Of a stretch of DNA of 64,000 nt, positions 60,502 to 64,000 are shown piece by piece. Location of the stretch: positions 224,001-288,000 of the forward strand of contig CAWFJP010000029.1 of assembly GCA_963816145.1 (NCBI GenBank), in the 5' to 3' direction. Position numbers and translations under genes: made by a program. Below the pieces are notes generated by a model. That model searched no databases. It was not told the DNA's origin and worked only from the letters and a program-made list of their open reading frames with translations. Source of the stretch: an uncultured delta proteobacterium. GTDB taxonomy: Bacteria > Desulfobacterota > Binatia > UBA9968. The first letter of the stretch is position 1. Every line of letters begins with the position of its first letter.

Positions 60502-60598
60502 ATTGCGGGCGTATTAAGGTACGAAAAAAAGCAGATTAACCGGGCGCCGGGGGTCTATTGTCGAGAAAATTTTGCACTGAGTTAACCCAGGCTTAACC
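60502..60598. promoter_or_regulatory. Pho-box-like repeats in the divergent promoter region
   Basis: ATTGC 60502, ATTAA 60513, ATTAA 60535 (oriented to the GT4 operon); TTAAC 60582/60593 (oriented to 60685). Confidence 0.55.
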
Positions 60599-60684
60599 GA
60601 GCGAGGCGCATAGTGACGCGGTTCGCAGCGCCATGCTGCATTCTGAAGCACACACGAGTTGCCGAGCAAGGAAGGAGATGCGCA

Positions 60685-61059
60685 GTGAATTCAAACCCAG
60701 TCTTGCGAATCAATGAAAGCGGCACAAACAGTGACTTCTGGGAAACCGTGCGGCGCAATGGCCACGGCTACCCAGAGCAGGATCTATTCTTGGCTGTACT
60801 GAAAGACGCCCTGCTAAGTTATCGCAAAAATTTGCGCCGGTCTAATAAAGCCTTCCTGGCCGAACGTGCATGGTTTTTAGATAGCGAGACGGACCGGCTG
60901 TTTTCGTTTGAGTCGGTGTGCGCCGCGCTTGGTTTGAACGCTGCGAGAATTCGTCAGCGAATTGTCGCCTGGGAGAATGAGAGCACGGCTTCAGAGTCAA
61001 AACGATTCCCTGGTCACGAGCGGCGATTGTTGAAGGATATTGAACGGATATTTGAATAA
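60685..61059 (+). CDS. Small hypothetical protein
   Basis: AAGGAG RBS before GTG; PEQDLFLAVLKDA...AWF......LFSFESVCAALGLN...IR. Confidence 0.65.
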   Translation: MNSNPVLRINESGTNSDFWETVRRNGHGYPEQDLFLAVLKDALLSYRKNLRRSNKAFLAERAWFLDSETDRLFSFESVCAALGLNAARIRQRIVAWENESTASESKRFPGHERRLLKDIERIFE

Positions 61060-61397
61060 CTTGGTCGTAACGATGTTAAGTTCGGTTAGGGCTAAGCCGC
61101 AATGCCGCTCGGTGGCTAGACGCGGTCGTGGTGCAGGTGAAAAGAGCTCTGCGCGCCGGTGACCATACTTTTGCCGAACAGCACAATGACGACCGCCCAA
61201 AGCGCTTGGAGTGAGAGCATGACCAAGGCTTGCCACGCGGTGGCGAACCTGAAACCGAGTGCTACGGTGAGACTGCGATAGAAGGACAATAAGTGACTGG
61301 TCTCAACGCAACGAGATTTTCGCCGGCTCAGGAAACCAGCCGGGAAAGTGCCGCTTAACATCCGATGATGTGTTGAATGGCGTAGAGTATTTTGTTG

Positions 61398-62036
61398 CTA
61401 CGGGAGTAGCGTGAAATCATCGAAATCCGCGCTGGCAGTGCTTTTGGTTGAGTCTGAGCTGCTAAGAACCGCAATACCCTGAAACTTACCCGGTTCGCTG
61501 CCGAAGAATGATCGATAGTCGTCGTAAAAATTTATCTCTTCGTTGAACCATTGGTTTTTGTCCGCCGGGCCGCTGCGCAGGATTACAACATGGCCGCGGT
61601 TGTAGAGAGGATGGTTGAAGCGACTTCCCGCCGGCAAAGCCGCGCTCCAGACATATTTGATTACGCGGGGCCAATATTGGTTGTCGAAAATAACGTAGAC
61701 TTGCGCGGCGGCGTCGTGTTTCGCACCTATGCGCTCATCGGCGCCGTTGGGAAACGTGTGCACGCGCCAGCGCCATGCCAACCGGCGCAGATCTTTCGGA
61801 TCGACGATCCGTTCCAACGCAAGCTGAACCCCTTGGTTGTTGCTTTGGGCGTGTAGAAAGCGGTTGCCCCTCTCGCTTTCGATCCGATAGATATTTTGCG
61901 CATCGCTGTTCTTCCCGCGCCATTTGGCTGGGAAAACGCCTTCGCTATACTGTTCGAAGTTATCCAACAGAGTCGTTGCCGCCAGCGGGCTTGGACTCAA
62001 AAACCAGGCAACGATAGCCAAAACGATGATCACCAC
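61398..62036 (-). CDS. DUF3047 domain secreted protein
   Basis: Signal peptide, LAWRWRV, DAAAQVYVIF, IKYVWS, ILRSG, QWFNEE.N...DY..FFG, IAVLSSSDST. Confidence 0.85.
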   Translation of the reverse strand: MVIIVLAIVAWFLSPSPLAATTLLDNFEQYSEGVFPAKWRGKNSDAQNIYRIESERGNRFLHAQSNNQGVQLALERIVDPKDLRRLAWRWRVHTFPNGADERIGAKHDAAAQVYVIFDNQYWPRVIKYVWSAALPAGSRFNHPLYNRGHVVILRSGPADKNQWFNEEINFYDDYRSFFGSEPGKFQGIAVLSSSDSTKSTASADFDDFTLLP

Positions 62037-62059
62037 CCGATGGACAATAGCTCTCTCTG

Positions 62060-62166
62060 GTTACAAGCGAGTTTGAACTTGATGAACATTCGATTGCGGA
62101 TTGGCTTGGTTGGAGGGTCATGTTGATGGTTAAGCGATTTAACCTCACCTTAACCAAGCTGTAACA
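62060..62166. promoter_or_regulatory. Pho-box-like arrays in the DUF3047/ppk1 divergent region
   Basis: GTTAC/GTTTG/ATGAA/ATTGC at 62060-62093; TTAAC 62139, TTAAC 62150, GTAAC 62161. Confidence 0.7.
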
Positions 62167-62260
62167 TAGCCTTTGCTTGCCAAATCTGGCCTTAATAGGT
62201 TAATCGTAGCAATCTAGTTTCTTGGTGCCCCTCGCGTATCGGCTTTTAGGGTGAATCAGG

Positions 62261-64000
62261 ATGGATGCGAATACCTATATCAATCGTGAATTGTCGTGGT
62301 TGGAGTTCAACCGGCGGGTGCTCGAAGAAGCCAAGGATGAGAGCGTGCCGCTGTTGGAGCGGGTGAAATTTCTGGCGATTTTCAGTGCCAATCTCGATGA
62401 ATTCTTTATGGTGCGGGTCGCGCGGCTCAAAGCGATGCTGTTCGAGGGGGATAACAGCTGCGACCCCGACGGTCTGACGCCGGCGGAAGCATTGTCGGCG
62501 ATTTCGGCGCGAGTGCACGAATTGGCCGCTGAACAACACTTATGTTTCCTCAACACCATCATGCCTCAACTGAGCGCCGAAGGAATTCATCTGGTTCGTC
62601 CCGAAGAGATGAGCGGCGAGCAAGAGCGGTTTCTCGAAGAATTCTTCCTGCGCACGCTCTATCCGATCGTTACGCCTCTCGCTATCGATCCGGCCCATCC
62701 GTTTCCTTATTTGGCCAATCGCTCGCTCGGTTTGGTGGTAGCCTTGCAGCCGATGCTGGCTTCACGTCTGCCCCACACCGATCTTTCCATCGTGCACATC
62801 CCGACTCAGGTGGCGCCGCGTTTCATTCCTCTGCCGGCGCGCGATGGACAACATGCCTTCATGCTGTTGGAAGATACCTTGCATCATTATCTGCCGCGTC
62901 TTTATCACGGTTTTAAGATTGTCTCGTGCCATGCCATCCGGGTGACCCGGGATGCCGATTTCCTGGTGTCACGGCGGCGCGACGAGGATCTTATGATGAC
63001 CATTGAGAAAGGCATTCGCGAGCGACGCATGGGCGATGCGGTGCGGCTACAATACGATCCCGATCTACCGGTCGAGATCGTCACTCAGTTGGTTGAGCAG
63101 CTGGAGCTCACGCGTGAAGATCTCTACCCGGGCAAAGGTTTCACGGCATTCACCGATTTGTTTCAGTTATACGGCGCCGTGAACCTGCCGCGCCTCAAGG
63201 ATCGGCCTCAGGCGCCGTTGCCGGTGCCGGCCTTCGAGCGCGCGCCCGATATTTGGAGCGCGATTCGCAACGGCGACGTTTTGGCGTTTCATCCTTATCA
63301 GTCATTTGATGCCGTGGTGCGTTTTGTCGAGGAAGCGGCCAAGGATCCTAAAGTATTGGCAATTAAGATGACGTTTTACCGAGTTAGCCCAACCTCACCG
63401 ATTGCCCAAGCGCTCGCACGGGCAGCCGAGGCAGGCAAAGAGGTGTCGGTGCTCGTCGAGTTGCAAGCGCGCTTTGACGAGGAAGCCAACATTAGCTGGG
63501 CGCGCGCGCTGGAGGAGGTCGGCGCCCATGTGGTTTATGGGCTGGTCGGTTATAAGACGCACTGTAAAATCTGTTTGGTGGTGCGTCAGGAAGCCGATGG
63601 CATTCGCCGCTACTGCCACCTGGCGACGGGAAACTACAATGTCAGGACCGCCGGTGTTTATAGCGATCTCGGTTTGTTCACATGCCGCGAGACGTTCGGC
63701 CAAGATTTGACCGAGCTGTTCAATCTGTTGACCGGATACACGCGACCGCAAAAATTCAACCACTTGATCTTGGCGCCGATCGGTCTGCGTGAGTATTTCA
63801 TAAACGCCATTCGCCGCGAGGCCGATCATGCGCGCGCCGGGCAGCCGGCGCGGATCATCGCCAAGATAAACAGTTTGGTCGATCCGTCGGTGATCGAAGA
63901 ACTCTACCTTGCCAGCCAAGCCGGGGTGGAAATCGATCTCATCATCAGGGGCATGTGCAGTTTGCGGCCCGGCTTGCCGGGAATATCCGACCGCATCCGG
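62261..64000 (+). CDS. ppk1: Polyphosphate kinase 1 (partial, runs off the window; absent from the ORF track)
   Basis: MDANTYINRELSWLEFN.RVL, NLDEFFMVRVA, DPAHPFP, HPYQSF, IKMTFYR, VELQARFDEEANI, KTHCK, HLATGNYN, IRGMCSLRPG. Confidence 0.97.
   Translation, partial: MDANTYINRELSWLEFNRRVLEEAKDESVPLLERVKFLAIFSANLDEFFMVRVARLKAMLFEGDNSCDPDGLTPAEALSAISARVHELAAEQHLCFLNTIMPQLSAEGIHLVRPEEMSGEQERFLEEFFLRTLYPIVTPLAIDPAHPFPYLANRSLGLVVALQPMLASRLPHTDLSIVHIPTQVAPRFIPLPARDGQHAFMLLEDTLHHYLPRLYHGFKIVSCHAIRVTRDADFLVSRRRDEDLMMTIEKGIRERRMGDAVRLQYDPDLPVEIVTQLVEQLELTREDLYPGKGFTAFTDLFQLYGAVNLPRLKDRPQAPLPVPAFERAPDIWSAIRNGDVLAFHPYQSFDAVVRFVEEAAKDPKVLAIKMTFYRVSPTSPIAQALARAAEAGKEVSVLVELQARFDEEANISWARALEEVGAHVVYGLVGYKTHCKICLVVRQEADGIRRYCHLATGNYNVRTAGVYSDLGLFTCRETFGQDLTELFNLLTGYTRPQKFNHLILAPIGLREYFINAIRREADHARAGQPARIIAKINSLVDPSVIEELYLASQAGVEIDLIIRGMCSLRPGLPGISDRIR

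Noticed and set aside
62246-63919. ORF-track entries 62246..62539, 62542..62916, 63395..63919 and 63402..63710
   Set aside because: Shadows of ppk1, which is unlisted only because it has no stop codon inside the window.

Overview
High-GC bacterial DNA. The NitT/TauT-type binding proteins, PF04392-type binding proteins and intergenic repeat types suggest Candidatus Binatia/Binatota or a related deltaproteobacterial lineage (inference). The window has three zones. (1) 1-14.8 kb, catabolic/transport core: frameshifted ADP-forming acyl-CoA ligase, enoyl-CoA hydratase, two ABC binding proteins, tandem alpha/beta hydrolases, a DUF559 nuclease flanked by inverted palindromic repeats, methyltransferases and a MacAB-like ABC exporter, with many REP-like and short-period repeats between genes. 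(2) About 14.8-21.2 kb, a visibly more AT-rich accessory patch: gene remnants plus a sulfotransferase-like and divergent mevalonate-kinase-like pair. (3) 21.2-64 kb, a very large phosphate-starvation/polyphosphate island: pit-DUF47, pstSCAB-phoU-phoB-phoR, a tandem thymidylate-kinase-like pair (candidate heteromeric PPK3-type polyphosphate kinase), CHAD, sixA, an LMW-PTP pseudo-enzyme, ppx, a split pseudo-histidine kinase around usp/psiE, arsRIC-acr3, PhoX-like and PhoD phosphatases, PAP2, EEP, an ABC importer, glgP-corA, a GT4 / aminotransferase-Mpo1 fusion / PEMT operon (candidate new phosphorus-free lipid pathway), DUF3047 and ppk1 (runs off the window). Most of these units are preceded by 11-bp-period (T/G)TAAC-type direct repeats that look like Pho boxes. 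No rRNA, tRNA or CRISPR array was recognised. Family assignments come from reading motifs by eye; no database search was run.
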